From an uncultured Candidatus Saccharibacteria bacterium (GTDB lineage Bacteria; Patescibacteriota; Minisyncoccia; UBA6257; GWB1-50-10): 64,000 nt of DNA. The position numbers and the translations under genes are program-made. The stretch lies in contig CAYHLH010000001.1 of NCBI GenBank assembly GCA_964357525.1, positions 11,719-75,718 of the forward strand. The letters are read 5' to 3'. A model generated the notes under the pieces. The model ran no database searches and was not told the DNA's origin. It saw only the letters and a list, made by a program, of their open reading frames with translations. Positions 8,663 to 23,092 of this stretch are shown here, piece after piece; the stretch's first letter is position 1, and every line of letters starts with the position of its first letter.

Positions 8663-9124
8663 AAACGGAATATCCTCCGATTTTATCTCCTCGTCTATGG
8701 AGACCTCCGGCACCGCCTCATCGCTCGCCGGCGCGTCGGGAGTGAAGTTGTCTCCCGTATCCTGTGAGGAGGAATCCTGCGGGAATCCTCCGCGGTCGCT
8801 GCGGGGTCCGAGCTGCAGCCGCTCCCCGACTATCTCTGTGGTCTTCCTGGGATGCCCTTCCTTGTCGGTCCACGCCCTCGTCTGCAGCCTACCTTCGACG
8901 AGCGCCGACGCGCCCTTCCTTAAGAACTGGTTCGCGATCTCAGCTTGGCGCCCCCACAGGACCACGGTGTGGAATTCGGCCCTCTTCTGCTTCTCCCCGC
9001 TCTTCGAGGTGAAAAAGCTGTTCGTGGCGAGCGAGAGCGTGCACACGGACTGCCCCGTCGGCGTCTGCCGGAAATCGGGGTCCCGCGTCAGATTTCCCAT
9101 GATGAAGACCTTATTGAGGTTCAT
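8660..9124 (-). CDS. ssb: Single-stranded DNA-binding protein
   Basis: NKVFIMGNLTRDP; C-terminal DIPF. Confidence 0.98.
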   Translation of the reverse strand: MNLNKVFIMGNLTRDPDFRQTPTGQSVCTLSLATNSFFTSKSGEKQKRAEFHTVVLWGRQAEIANQFLRKGASALVEGRLQTRAWTDKEGHPRKTTEIVGERLQLGPRSDRGGFPQDSSSQDTGDNFTPDAPASDEAVPEVSIDEEIKSEDIPF

Positions 9125-9143
9125 TTCCGTTCATTATACTCCT

Positions 9144-9566
9144 TTATTGGAGTATTTCCTCGATCTTCTTTTCCAGCGCTTCGTTCGAAAGCTGGCTACG
9201 ATATACGCGTTCGCGGACGGCGCGGCGCGCGGAGCGCGGGTGTCCCATGGACGGCGGAATGCCCATTGCCTTCTCCTCTTCTCCGGGGAATTCCCTCGTT
9301 GCCATCGCACGGAGCACGTTTTCGGAACGCGTCACGGCGGCAAGCGCCTCCTGGAGCGCGCCGGGGGCCGTGAGCAACACGAACGCTCCGGAAAATCCGA
9401 ACTGCTGTTTTTTCACCGGGTACGCGAGGCGCACTTTGATGAGCGGTTGTTCTTTCGCGATCTCCGCTCCGTGCGCGGAGAGCGCCGCGCGGAGCGCGGT
9501 GGTGTCCTCATCCCTCGTCACGAACGAGAGGCGGTATTCGACGGCATCCTTCTTTTCCCCTTCCAT
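9144..9566 (-). CDS. rpsF: 30S ribosomal protein S6
   Basis: RLAYPVKK motif; rpsF-ssb-rpsR gene order. Confidence 0.85.
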   Translation of the reverse strand: MEGEKKDAVEYRLSFVTRDEDTTALRAALSAHGAEIAKEQPLIKVRLAYPVKKQQFGFSGAFVLLTAPGALQEALAAVTRSENVLRAMATREFPGEEEKAMGIPPSMGHPRSARRAVRERVYRSQLSNEALEKKIEEILQ

Positions 9567-9585
9567 ATGCGGAGCAAGCATACCG

Positions 9586-13289
<3,704 letters not shown>

Positions 13290-13293
<4 letters not shown>

Positions 13294-16200
13294 GTTTCGC
13301 TTTCCCCCTCGCTCGCTCCTTCGGCATTTTCCTCGTAATCATAGGTGATGTTGAGGCCCAGCGATTTCAGCTCCGCAAGGAGCACGTTGAAGGATGCGGG
13401 AAGGAACGGCTTCTTGATCTCGTGGCCGCGTATGATGGCCTCGAACGCGGCGCTCCTCCCCACCACGTCGTCGGACTTGATGGTGAGCATCTCCTGAAGA
13501 GTGTGCGCCGCGCCGTATCCCTCGAGCGCCCACACCTCCATCTCGCCGAACCGCTGTCCGCCGAGCTGCGCCTTGCCCCCGAGTGGCTGCTGCGTGATGA
13601 GGGAGTAGGGGCCGGTAGAGCGCATGTGTATCTTGTCCTCCACCAGGTGGTTCAGTTTCATCATATAGATGTACCCGACGGTCACCGGCTTCGGGAACTG
13701 GTTTCCGGAAAGCCCGTCGTAGAGCGTGAGCTTCCCGTGTCGCGGGAATCCCGCCAGCTCGAGCTCGTCCTCTATGTCCTTGTCGGTCGGCCCCACGAAA
13801 TTCGGCACGATGGCCCTATACCCCAGGGTATACGCTGCAAGCCCCAAATGCGTCTCGAATATCTGGCCGAGGTTCATGCGGCTCGCGACACCGAGCGGAT
13901 TCAAGACAATATCCACGGGCGTGCCGTCCGCGAGATGCGGCATGTCCTCGATGGGGCGCACCTGAGAGATGACCCCCTTGTTCCCATATCTGCCCGCGAG
14001 CTTGTCGCCCGCGCGGATCTTCCTGAGCTGCGCGACCTCCACCTGTATCTTCTTGATGATGCCGGGCTCGAGCTTGTCGCCACGGTCCCGCGAGAAGATC
14101 TTGATGCCGATGACCCTGCCCTGCTTCCCGTGCGGCAAGACGAGCGAAGTGTCCTTCACGTCGCGCGCCTTCTCGCCGAAGATGGCCCTGAGGAGCCGCT
14201 CCTCGGCGGTGAGCTCGGACTCGCCCTTGGGGCTGATCTTCCCCACGAGGATGTCGCCGTCCCTGACCTCCGCGCCGATGCGGATGATGCCTTCCTCGTC
14301 GAGGTTCCGAAGTTTGTCCTCGGACACGTTCGGGATGTCGGGAGTCGTGAGCTCGGGACCGAGCTTGGTGTCCCGGACGGAACAGGTGTGCGTCTCGATG
14401 TGGATGGAGGTGAAGACGTCCGCGCGCGCAACCCGCTCCGAAACGACGATGGCGTCCTCGAAGTTCGCCCCGTGGAAAGGCAGGAACGCGACGAGCAGGT
14501 TTTTCCCGAGAGAAAGTACCCCGTCCGCGGTCGCCGAACCGTCCGCCAAGGGCATCCCCTTCTTCACCTTGTCGCCAACGGCGACCAGTGGGCGCTGCGA
14601 TATGCACGTGGAGTTGTTGGAACGCTTGAACTTGGGAAGACGGTAGACGCGAGCGCCCGATTCGGTCTTCACCGTGACGGAGAGCGCGTCGACTTCCGTG
14701 ACGGTGCCGCCAACGTCCGCGATGAGCACGCGTGACGAGTCCTGCGCGGCCTTCACCTCGTCCCCGGTGCCCACCAAGGGCGGCTCGGGAAGCACAGGCG
14801 GCACCGCTTGGCGCTGCATGTTGCTGGCCATGAGGACGCGGTTCGCGTCGTTGTGCCCCAAAAACGGCACGAGGGACGCCGATACCGACACGAACTGGCT
14901 GGGAGACACGTCTATGTAGTCAACCTCGTTCCGGTCGCAGGTTCCGGGATTCCCCTTCACGCGCGCGGCGACGCGCTGCGGAACTATCCCGTGTTTCTCG
15001 TCGAGCGGGGTGTCGGACTGCGCGATGTCGTACTTCTGCTCCGCGACGGCGTCAAACCACGCGATCTCCCTCGTCACGACCCCCTTTTCCACCTTGAAAT
15101 AAGGCGTCTCCAAAAATCCATAGTCGTTCACGCGGGCGTTCGAGGCCAAATAGTTCACGAGACCGATCGAGGCGCCCTCGGGGGTCTGGATGGGGCACAC
15201 TCTCCCGTAATAGGAGCTGTGCACGTCCCTGACCTCGAATCCCGCGCGCTCGCGGGTGAGTCCTCCGGGACCCATGGTGGAAAGCCGGCGCTTGTGCTCG
15301 AGTTCCGACAAGGGGTTCACCTGGTCCATGAACTGACTGAGCTGCGAGGACGCGAAAAAATCCCGGACGACCGAGGTCAAAAGCTTGTAGTTCACGAGCT
15401 GGACGGGCTGGAGTTGCGACCGGTCGAACATGCTCATCCTGTCCTGGACGCCCCTACGGAGGCGCGCGAAGCCCACGCGGAGCTTCATCTGCACGAGCTC
15501 GCCGACGGCGCGTATCCTCCTGTTTCCCAGGTGGTCGATGTCGTCGGGAGCGCCTTGCGGGTCGTTGTTCAGGCGGATGACCTCCCTCACTATCGCGACG
15601 AGGTCGTCGCGGTCGAGAAGCCCGCCTTTCTTCTTTTCCGTCACGAGGCGCTGATTCAGCTTGAACCTCCCTACGGGAGAGAGATCGTAGCGGTCGAAGC
15701 GGAAGAACATCGGATCGATGATGCCTTTCGCCGATTCGACGGTGACGAGGTCGCCGGGGCGGAGGCGCTTGTGGATGTCGAGGTACGAATCGTCAAGGGT
15801 CTGCGCCTCGTCCTTCTTCAAGGTCGCCTCGATATGCTTCACCTTCCCCGTGTCCACCTCCTTGAAGGCGGCGGCCATCTCCTCGTTCGACGCGAAGCCG
15901 AAGATGCGGAGGAGCTCGGTGACCGGGGCCTTCCTCTTGCGGTCTATCTTCACGTAGATGGCGCCGTCGGAGTCCGTCTCGAATTCGAGCCACACGCCGC
16001 GGTTCGGAATGACCTTCGCGCCGAAGAGCTTCTTGCCGCGGAACACGTGTTCGGAATAGTAGACGCCCGGGCTCCGGATGAGCTGGAGGATGACCACGCG
16101 CTCGACGCCGTTGATGATGAATGTCCCGCGGTCGGTCATGATGGGAAAATCACCGAGGTACACCTCCTGCACCTTGGACTGCTTCGTCTCGTTCATCACG

Positions 16201-16481
16201 AGCTTCAGGTTCACGCGGAGCGCCGCCTCGAAGGTCTGGTCCTTATCCCTCGCCTGCTCCTCGATGTATTTCGGCGGATCGAACTTATAGTCGAGGAAGT
16301 GGAGTTCCAGCTCCTTGCCGGTGTGGTCCGTGATGGGCGATATCTCGTCGAAAAGCTCGCGGAGCCCCTTGTCCACAAACCATTTGAAGGAATCCGTCTG
16401 GATCTTTACGAAATTGTCCGGGGTGTGCGAAAACCCCTTGTAGGACGAAAAAAGTTTTGTGGTGTGAGGTACCTTAAACAT
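13290..16481 (-). CDS. rpoB: RNA polymerase beta subunit
   Basis: SQFMDQ, GDKLAGRYGNKG, GQRFGEME. Confidence 0.99.
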
Positions 16482-16500
16482 GAAAATTGCGGAAAAACGA

Positions 16501-17556
16501 CTACGAGGAAAGGTATTGTGCGCGCTTCGCGTTGTGTTCCTGGAGGGTTTTTGAAAAATGCGTCTCCTGAGTGTCTGGAGCGGACAGATAGTAAAGGTAG
16601 GGGCTCTCCGCGGGGTTCGTCGCCGCGCGAATCGCGGCCTCGCCCGGATTTGCGATGGGGGTCGGGGTCCATCCGACGCGCTTATAGGTATTGAAAGGGG
16701 AAGCGAGTGAGGTGTCTGACCTCAGGACCCGTATGTCCGCGCACCCCTTCAAAAGCCCCTTGCACTTCGCGTACGAGATGGTGGCATCCACCTGCAAGGG
16801 CATCTTGAGCCCGATGCGCTTCAAGAGCACGCCCGCGACGAGCTCTCTGTCCTCATATTCGGGCACTTCCCGCTCGAGGTAGGAAGCGAGGATGAGCCGT
16901 TCATACCAGTCGCGCGACTCCGAAAGGAGCGGCCACGCGCGCGATGTGAAGATGCTTAGCATTCTCCTCACCACGACCTCGGGAGAGGAATCCTTCTCGA
17001 AGTAGTACGTCTCGGGAAAGAGGAATCCTTCGAGGGACGCGGCGCGGGTGAGGAACGGGAAATCGATGCGTAGCGTTTCTATCGGGAACTTCGTGAGATC
17101 CTCCTCTTCGCCGATGACCCCTTCCTCGACGAGCGTCACCGCGATATCGCGGAGGGTCGCCCCCTCGGGGATCGTGACGAGCACGTCGCCTTTCTTCGCC
17201 GAAGTTATCTCGCTCATGATCTCCGGAACGCTCATCGCGTTCGAGAACTCATAGGCGCCCGGCTGTATCTTCTGCGCGCGGCCGGAGAGAAGCGCGTACA
17301 TTTTGAACACGGCAATGGATTTAATGAGCGATTCGCGGGAAAGGCGCGCGGCGACCGATCGGAAACTTTCCCCTTTCTCGATCGTAAACTCTTTCGCCAC
17401 CGTGCCGCCGTCCGCGGGCTGCAGGCCGTAAAAAAAATAACCGGCGGCGACCACTAAAAACAAAAGAAGCCCCAGCCCCACGAGGACGGACAAGTTCACT
17501 ACCTCTTTCTTGTCATAGTGAGGATTCAAGCTTCTTGCTCTGTATGATACCCACAA
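16501..17556 (-). CDS. mltG: Endolytic transglycosylase MltG (start uncertain, probably ~17500)
   Basis: VTIPEG, LEGFLFPETY, LQVDAT, SPFNTY, PTPIANPG. Confidence 0.93.
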   Translation of the reverse strand: MWVSYRARSLNPHYDKKEVVNLSVLVGLGLLLFLVVAAGYFFYGLQPADGGTVAKEFTIEKGESFRSVAARLSRESLIKSIAVFKMYALLSGRAQKIQPGAYEFSNAMSVPEIMSEITSAKKGDVLVTIPEGATLRDIAVTLVEEGVIGEEEDLTKFPIETLRIDFPFLTRAASLEGFLFPETYYFEKDSSPEVVVRRMLSIFTSRAWPLLSESRDWYERLILASYLEREVPEYEDRELVAGVLLKRIGLKMPLQVDATISYAKCKGLLKGCADIRVLRSDTSLASPFNTYKRVGWTPTPIANPGEAAIRAATNPAESPYLYYLSAPDTQETHFSKTLQEHNAKRAQYLSS

Positions 17557-18592
17557 GGAGCGAGGCCGTCAAGATGCTTGAACCCCCGTAGGAGAGGAAC
17601 GGCAAAGTGATGCCTGTGACTGGCACAAGCCCCAAATTCGAGCCGATGTTGATGAGGGAATGAGCGAGAAACACGATGGAGGCGCCGAGCGTCACGAATT
17701 TCCAATAGTTGTCCCCCACCCTGGCGCCGATCGCGGTGAACCGCCAGATTATGAGAAAGTACGCGAGGATTACGAGCGTGCCCCCAAAAAGCCCCCACTC
17801 CTCGACAAGCGCGGCAAAGATGAAATCCGTTTCCGCCTCGGGAAGGAACCCGAGCTGCGACTGCGTCCCGCCCCTGAACCCCTTTCCGAAGAGCTCGGCG
17901 GAGCCGATGGCGACCTTCGACTGGATGACGTTGTAGTTGATGCCAAGCGGGTCGCGCTCCGGAAACACGAACGCCGTGATGCGGTCCTTCTGGTACGGCT
18001 TGAGGACGAAGCTCCAGAGGAGCACGGCGCCGAGAGCCGCAAGGGCGAGCCCCAGGAGAAACCTCCTTAGATGTATGCCGGAGAGGAGCAGGAACCCGAT
18101 CCAGATCGCGAAGATGACTGCCGCGCTCCCGAGATCGGGATGCGCCGCGACGAGAAGCCCCGGCACGCCCGCAAGGAGGAATGAGAACGCGATATTCTTC
18201 CCCTGCCACGCCGCCAGGTACCGCTTCGAGAAGAATCCGGCGAGGACGAGAATGAGCGCGAGCTTCATGAGCTCCACCGGCTCGAACTGGAATCCGCCGA
18301 CGACTATCCAGCTCTTCGTCCCCCGTATGGTCCCGCGCTGGAATTGGGAAACGAGAAGCAACGCGAGGGAAAACGCGTAAAGCCCGTAGGAAAACCACCT
18401 CTGTACCGAAAGCCACCGCCAATCCGCGCGCGAGGCGAGGAAGAAGAGGAGGAGCGCCCCGGCCGCCCATGCAAGCTGCCGGAAGAACAGCTCCATGTCG
18501 AGGGAGGCGAGCATGAGAAGCGAGAACGACAGCAGAAAGAAAATGCTTCCGTAGAGCATCCAATCGGCGTCCCTGAGGCGCGAGGAGAACAT
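17513..18592 (-). CDS. rodA: SEDS protein RodA/FtsW
   Basis: FEPVELMK, HPDLGS, LPEAETDFIF, GITLPFLSYGGSS. Confidence 0.92.
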   Translation of the reverse strand: MFSSRLRDADWMLYGSIFFLLSFSLLMLASLDMELFFRQLAWAAGALLLFFLASRADWRWLSVQRWFSYGLYAFSLALLLVSQFQRGTIRGTKSWIVVGGFQFEPVELMKLALILVLAGFFSKRYLAAWQGKNIAFSFLLAGVPGLLVAAHPDLGSAAVIFAIWIGFLLLSGIHLRRFLLGLALAALGAVLLWSFVLKPYQKDRITAFVFPERDPLGINYNVIQSKVAIGSAELFGKGFRGGTQSQLGFLPEAETDFIFAALVEEWGLFGGTLVILAYFLIIWRFTAIGARVGDNYWKFVTLGASIVFLAHSLINIGSNLGLVPVTGITLPFLSYGGSSILTASLLVGIIQSKKLESSL

Positions 18593-18593
18593 T

Positions 18594-19352
18594 TCACTCC
18601 GCCTGGATGACGACGCGGGTATTCCCGGGATCGATGAGGCGCGCGAGGAGTGCGTCCGCGGGGAACGCGACGGAAAAGTCGCGTACCGAAGAGGCGGGGA
18701 CCGAGGAGAGCACAGAACGCGAGGCATACAGTTCCTTCCCGTACTGGTCGGAGACGACGGCGATTATCTCGATGCCCGACGCGTCAGCGGAACCGTCGTT
18801 CTTAACGGATCCCGACACGCGTATGGTCGTCCCGGAGGCGACGGAGAACGGACCCGAGGAAAGGGAAAGGGACGGAAAAAGCGCCGAGAACGACCTCTCC
18901 CACCGGGGTTCCCCGACAGAGAACTCGATGCGGGCGATGCTTTTCGAGAATGTCTTCACCCCGCGCTCGAGGACGAGCGCGCGCCGCAGAGAAGGAACGG
19001 AGAGCTCTCCCGCCACCTCTTCTATCATCCTCCCGCCGGACTCGAAGATCTTGAGCGAGTAGGGGGCGCTCCGGGCCGCATAGTCGCGGTTCGGATTCAG
19101 CACCTCGAAGAGCGCGACATTCCCGCCCGCAGACGTAAGGACATTCGGTTCCTTCGTGACGCGGAGCGGCTGAAGCTCCACGATCTCGCACGGCGTGCAG
19201 GGCCCGCCGCAATCCGCCTTTTCTTCTCCCTGATTCCGCATTCCGTCCGTGCAGCTTCCAGCGGGCTTCAAAAACGCCTGGTAGGCCCACACGGCGATGC
19301 CCGCCGCGACAAGGACGAACGCCGTTCCGTATATCGTTTGCTTGTTGCTCAT
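18594..19352 (-). CDS. Membrane-anchored protein with Cys-rich motif and Ig-like domain
   Basis: TM helix; SCTDGMRNQGEEKADCGGPC. Confidence 0.75.
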   Translation of the reverse strand: MSNKQTIYGTAFVLVAAGIAVWAYQAFLKPAGSCTDGMRNQGEEKADCGGPCTPCEIVELQPLRVTKEPNVLTSAGGNVALFEVLNPNRDYAARSAPYSLKIFESGGRMIEEVAGELSVPSLRRALVLERGVKTFSKSIARIEFSVGEPRWERSFSALFPSLSLSSGPFSVASGTTIRVSGSVKNDGSADASGIEIIAVVSDQYGKELYASRSVLSSVPASSVRDFSVAFPADALLARLIDPGNTRVVIQAE

Positions 19353-20047
19353 TTCAATGCTTTTGCCATTGCGCGGAGCTTCCTTAAGTCCGCCGATGCG
19401 CCGCCGACAAGCGCGCCGTCGATCTTACTTTCAGAGAGGAAGGCTTTCACATTCTTCGCATCGACGGAGCCCCCGTAGAGCGTTTTCACCCGTGAAACGC
19501 GCTTGATAAACTTCGCCATCGCGGCGGCGTCGGAAACCGAACATGCGCGTCCGGTGCCGATGGCCCACAAGGGCTCGTAGGCGACGATTACGCCCTTACC
19601 ACTCCTTCCGAGAACGGCAAGCTGGCGCCGCACGTACGCCTCGGCGACGCGCCTCCCTTTTCTCCTGACGCTCCACGGTTCGCCGACGCAGAGAACGGGC
19701 GTGACTTTCATTCCCCGCGCGGCTTTCAGTTTTTTCAAAATCAAGGAATCCGTCTCCCCTATCGCGCGGCGTTCGGAGTGCCCAACGAGCGCGTATCGGA
19801 CCCCGAACGATTTGAGCATCGGGAGCGACACCTCGCCTGTATAGGCGCCTTTCGGCTCATGGAAGAAATCCTGCGCGCCGAGCGAGATCCCCTTCCCTAT
19901 CTTCGAAACGGCGGGCAGAAACGGGAACGGCGGGAATACGACGACCGTGTGCTTGCGTCCCGCTTTCCGCGCCGTGCGGGCGAGGGCGAGCGCCTCGCGC
20001 GGAGCCTTGGGATTCATCTTCCAGTTGAGGCCTATGAATTTCCTCAT
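19349..20047 (-). CDS. tpiA: Triosephosphate isomerase
   Basis: NWKMN, GHSERR, AYEPLWAIGTG, YGGSV, LVGGAS. Confidence 0.97.
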   Translation of the reverse strand: MRKFIGLNWKMNPKAPREALALARTARKAGRKHTVVVFPPFPFLPAVSKIGKGISLGAQDFFHEPKGAYTGEVSLPMLKSFGVRYALVGHSERRAIGETDSLILKKLKAARGMKVTPVLCVGEPWSVRRKGRRVAEAYVRRQLAVLGRSGKGVIVAYEPLWAIGTGRACSVSDAAAMAKFIKRVSRVKTLYGGSVDAKNVKAFLSESKIDGALVGGASADLRKLRAMAKALK

Positions 20048-20946
20048 CCCGCGTGCTCCAAAAACCTCTTGAATACGACGTGCGCGTCCTTTCGCCTCAA
20101 GACGATTCCCGAGAGCGCCGCGAGGTACGGGAGGCGCTTCATCCTCTTGCCGAGGAGCGCCGCCGCCGAGGGGTACGACGCAATGCTCTCGCTCGCGATG
20201 GATTTTGGGTCCCATTTCAATATCTCCTCGCCGCTGCGGCGGTTCCTGGAATGAGGCGAGAATCCCGACGCGATGAGGTCGGAAACTGCTGCGGCGCCCA
20301 TTGCCTGCGGCTTCGCGCCCAAAAGCGCCCCTGTGCGGGACATCTCGTCGATGAACTGCGCGGCGAGCCATCCCTTGGCGTTCGCCCCCCACCCGAGGCC
20401 GTCGGCGATGCCGAGGCCCAGGGCATACAGGTTCTTCAAGACCCCCGCGAGCGCGATGCTCTTTATGTCCGAAACGTGCGCGAACCGCGCGGGGGTGCCG
20501 AAGAACAGCTTCTTGACCTTCAGGAACACCGCGCGGTTCGGCGTCCCGATGACCGCGACGCCGTAGAGCTCGCGGTCGAGCTCCTCGGCGAGGAACGGGC
20601 CGCCGATGAGCGCCACGGGATTCTTCGGACACTCGTCGCGGATGACCTCGTGCGCGAATTTCTTCGTTCCCTTCTCTATTCCCTTTGTGAACACGGCAAG
20701 AACGGCGCCCTTCGCGAGGAACGGCTTCATCGAGCGAAGCGCGCTCCGCAGGCCCCACGACGGCACGCAAATGAACACCACGGAGGCGCCACGGACGGTC
20801 TCCGAGAGCGAGTGGTGGACGTGCGGCTTCTCCAGATCCATGTCCCACACGAACACCTGTTTGCCGTTTCGGCTCAAAAGCATCCGCACCGACTGGCCGA
20901 TACGCCCCCCGCCGATGACGGCAATCTTCATCTTTCCGCGCTTCAT
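20044..20946 (-). CDS. gpsA: NAD(P)H-dependent glycerol-3-phosphate dehydrogenase
   Basis: Rossmann GxGxxG; TKGIE, GPFLAEE, LKNLYA, SRNR. Confidence 0.88.
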   Translation of the reverse strand: MKRGKMKIAVIGGGRIGQSVRMLLSRNGKQVFVWDMDLEKPHVHHSLSETVRGASVVFICVPSWGLRSALRSMKPFLAKGAVLAVFTKGIEKGTKKFAHEVIRDECPKNPVALIGGPFLAEELDRELYGVAVIGTPNRAVFLKVKKLFFGTPARFAHVSDIKSIALAGVLKNLYALGLGIADGLGWGANAKGWLAAQFIDEMSRTGALLGAKPQAMGAAAVSDLIASGFSPHSRNRRSGEEILKWDPKSIASESIASYPSAAALLGKRMKRLPYLAALSGIVLRRKDAHVVFKRFLEHAG

Positions 20947-21121
20947 TCCGATGACGAAAGGAAACGCATACGCGCGTTTCCGTACGATTGCGACGATTTG
21001 TTGTATGTTTTCCTTATTTTGTACATGGTTCTTTTCCTAAGTCTTTCCACGGCACACCGAGTGATCTATTCATCATACGGGACTCATATCCCCTTCAGTA
21101 TAGAACCATTTACGGCAAAAT

Positions 21122-21150
21122 AAAAAACCCGCTCTGCGGCGGGTCTTTTT
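21122..21150. terminator. Intrinsic terminator
   Basis: AAAAAACCCGC-TCTGCG-GCGGGTCTTTT. Confidence 0.7.
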
Positions 21151-21168
21151 AAATACAATCAACTCTTT

Positions 21169-21606
21169 TTATGCGGCGATGCGGAGAAATTTTTCAAGAT
21201 TCCCAAAGTCGTCCTTGGATTCCACAATAAACGACCTTCCTGCGTCAAACAGTTCATTCGCAAGCATCGCTTGCGACGGATTATCTAACGATTTCTCAAG
21301 GAAATCCAAAACCTTTTTCTCAATGACCAGAATATCGAACCGGAAGCTCTTCATTACATTTTTAAGAGCGTTCACTCCATTCTCCTCTTCATCATCATGA
21401 AAATCGACCCACTCGGTGTCATTCGTCGAAATCCCTCCTTTGTTCGGAACTAACATCTCAAGATGGGCGAATATGTCTTCCGGCCAACTGCACCAATCGC
21501 AAAATGCCACAACGAGCGCCCTTTTTTTCCGCTTTATACCTATAATCCGCCGAATCACTTCCCATACTGCCTCTGCGATGTGGGCAAACACATTCTTTTT
21601 TTTCAT
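21169..21606 (-). CDS. AT-rich orphan, possible degenerate receiver-like domain
   Basis: alpha/beta pattern; FDILVIE; SD GAGGTG. Confidence 0.6.
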   Translation of the reverse strand: MKKKNVFAHIAEAVWEVIRRIIGIKRKKRALVVAFCDWCSWPEDIFAHLEMLVPNKGGISTNDTEWVDFHDDEEENGVNALKNVMKSFRFDILVIEKKVLDFLEKSLDNPSQAMLANELFDAGRSFIVESKDDFGNLEKFLRIAA

Positions 21607-21748
21607 TTTTCACCTCTTTATTAAAATTTTAAGAATATTCTTTCTGGGAAAATTAAACCCCCGATAACGGGTGCTGTCAAACTTCACCCCTGTGAAAGGA
21701 AAAACCCGCGGGTGAGCGGGTTTAACTTGAATCGGAAAGTGGATGTAA

Positions 21749-22171
21749 CTAAAAACTTATTTCGTCCTCGACGGGAATATACAACTTCTCGATATCGCTC
21801 CTTACGATATCCATCTCATCCGCGCGGACCGTGAAAAACTCCTTCACACCCAGGTTTTTCGACTCCTTTCGGAAGGTCTCAAATTTCTGGTTACCGAACC
21901 GGTTCATATCGTTCATGAAATCCTCATCTACAATCACAAAAACATACATTCCAACTGCAATCTCCTTTTTTCTGTCAATAAATGCCTTCGCCTGATTTAC
22001 TGTCGAGTAAAGGCGTACCGCATATGCGACATCAAGGGCGACCTCAGCATCTTCCCCAAGCTGAAGAGATTCAAACGAGTTGGTAATTATCTTGTAATCC
22101 AAACCCTTGAGAGCTTCAACGGCAAGAGGGATAAAAGAGGGGTTCTTTGCGAGAATTAGAATTTTTTTCAC
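21749..22171 (-). CDS. AT-rich orphan, possible degenerate receiver-like domain
   Basis: KKILIL start; VFVIVDE; SD GGAGG; own promoter and terminator. Confidence 0.6.
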   Translation of the reverse strand: MKKILILAKNPSFIPLAVEALKGLDYKIITNSFESLQLGEDAEVALDVAYAVRLYSTVNQAKAFIDRKKEIAVGMYVFVIVDEDFMNDMNRFGNQKFETFRKESKNLGVKEFFTVRADEMDIVRSDIEKLYIPVEDEISF

Positions 22172-22376
22172 TTCTTCCTCCGTGATTAAATTGATTTGTA
22201 ATTCTTTATCTGTTTTTCATTATACCACATCGAAATATAAAAGTCAATAATTCAGGGATTTTGTCGACCCAGTAGAACTGTGGCATGCCGTGATTCTACG
22301 GGGTCAACCCCCGCAAGCGACAAAAATGGCCCGCTTTTATGCGGACCATGCAATACTTTATTTTTATGTAGGGGTT

Positions 22377-22796
22377 TCAGTCGTCTTCATTCTCATCACA
22401 AGCGCCGTTTTTGCCGCGCACTACATCGCTCGTGATCTTCGTGTTTGGGACAAAAAAATCCGCGATTTGCGATTTGATTTCTTTCTGTTTCAATCCCCCG
22501 TTCGGCGACTGCAGTTTGAATATGACCTTGGCATTATATGCCTTTCTTTTAAGGTTTTTGTACTGGTTTGGTGTCATGTACCCGTGTAATTTTCTATCCA
22601 CCAAAAAATGGGTAAAATCGCCCGACATAAGCCCGTCAAGTAATTTATCCCATTCGTCCTGGGGACCCACGCGATCGCATTCAAACTTCAGTTCCGTGCG
22701 GTTCGATTTGTCCGTATAATGGACGATAAGGGGCAGCACGTTCTCCTTGAACGCCTCGGAGCAGTACGCAACGAGGATTTTGATTTTCTCTTTCAA
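22377..22796 (-). CDS. AT-rich orphan, possible degenerate receiver-like domain
   Basis: KIKILVAY start; DFTHFLVDRKL; SD AGGAG. Confidence 0.6.
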   Translation of the reverse strand: MKEKIKILVAYCSEAFKENVLPLIVHYTDKSNRTELKFECDRVGPQDEWDKLLDGLMSGDFTHFLVDRKLHGYMTPNQYKNLKRKAYNAKVIFKLQSPNGGLKQKEIKSQIADFFVPNTKITSDVVRGKNGACDENEDD

Positions 22797-22931
22797 ATCT
22801 TTGTTCTCCTGTTTAATTTTTGAAAGTTGTTAAATGAGCGTCTGTTTACAATATCAAATGTATGAGAGTTTGTCAACTTGCCCCGAATCAAATGGAGACA
22901 AAACAGCTCGTAAACGAGTTGTTTTGTTTCT

Positions 22932-23051
22932 GTAGCTCCAAGGGGAAGCTCACCCGCTGGGAAACCCACGGTTTTCCCACAACCTTCCTCCACGGAAGGG
23001 ACGCGGTGGCTTCCCTTCCGACCCATCCCTCGTTCAATTCCCGACAACTAC
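22932..23051 (-). repeat. tRNA-tail structured module, copy after tRNA-Glu
   Basis: GGGAATTGAAC-N7-GGGTCGGAAGGGA..TCCCTTCCGTGGAGGA..TGGGAAAACCGTGGGTTTCCCA..GTGAG-CTTCCCCTTGGAGCTAC. Confidence 0.85.
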
Positions 23052-23091
23052 TGAAAAGAAATTCCCTCTTGCAAGAGGGAATTTCTTTTCA
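23052..23091 (-). terminator. Perfect hairpin 3' of tRNA-Glu
   Basis: TGAAAAGAAATTCCCTCTTGCAAGAGGGAATTTCTTTTCA. Confidence 0.7.
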
Positions 23092-23092
23092 G

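Noticed and set aside
22793-23047. ORFs 22793-23047, 3528-3716, 143-343 and 903-1091 as proteins
   Set aside because: They are translations of the repeat modules or tRNAs and show no protein motifs
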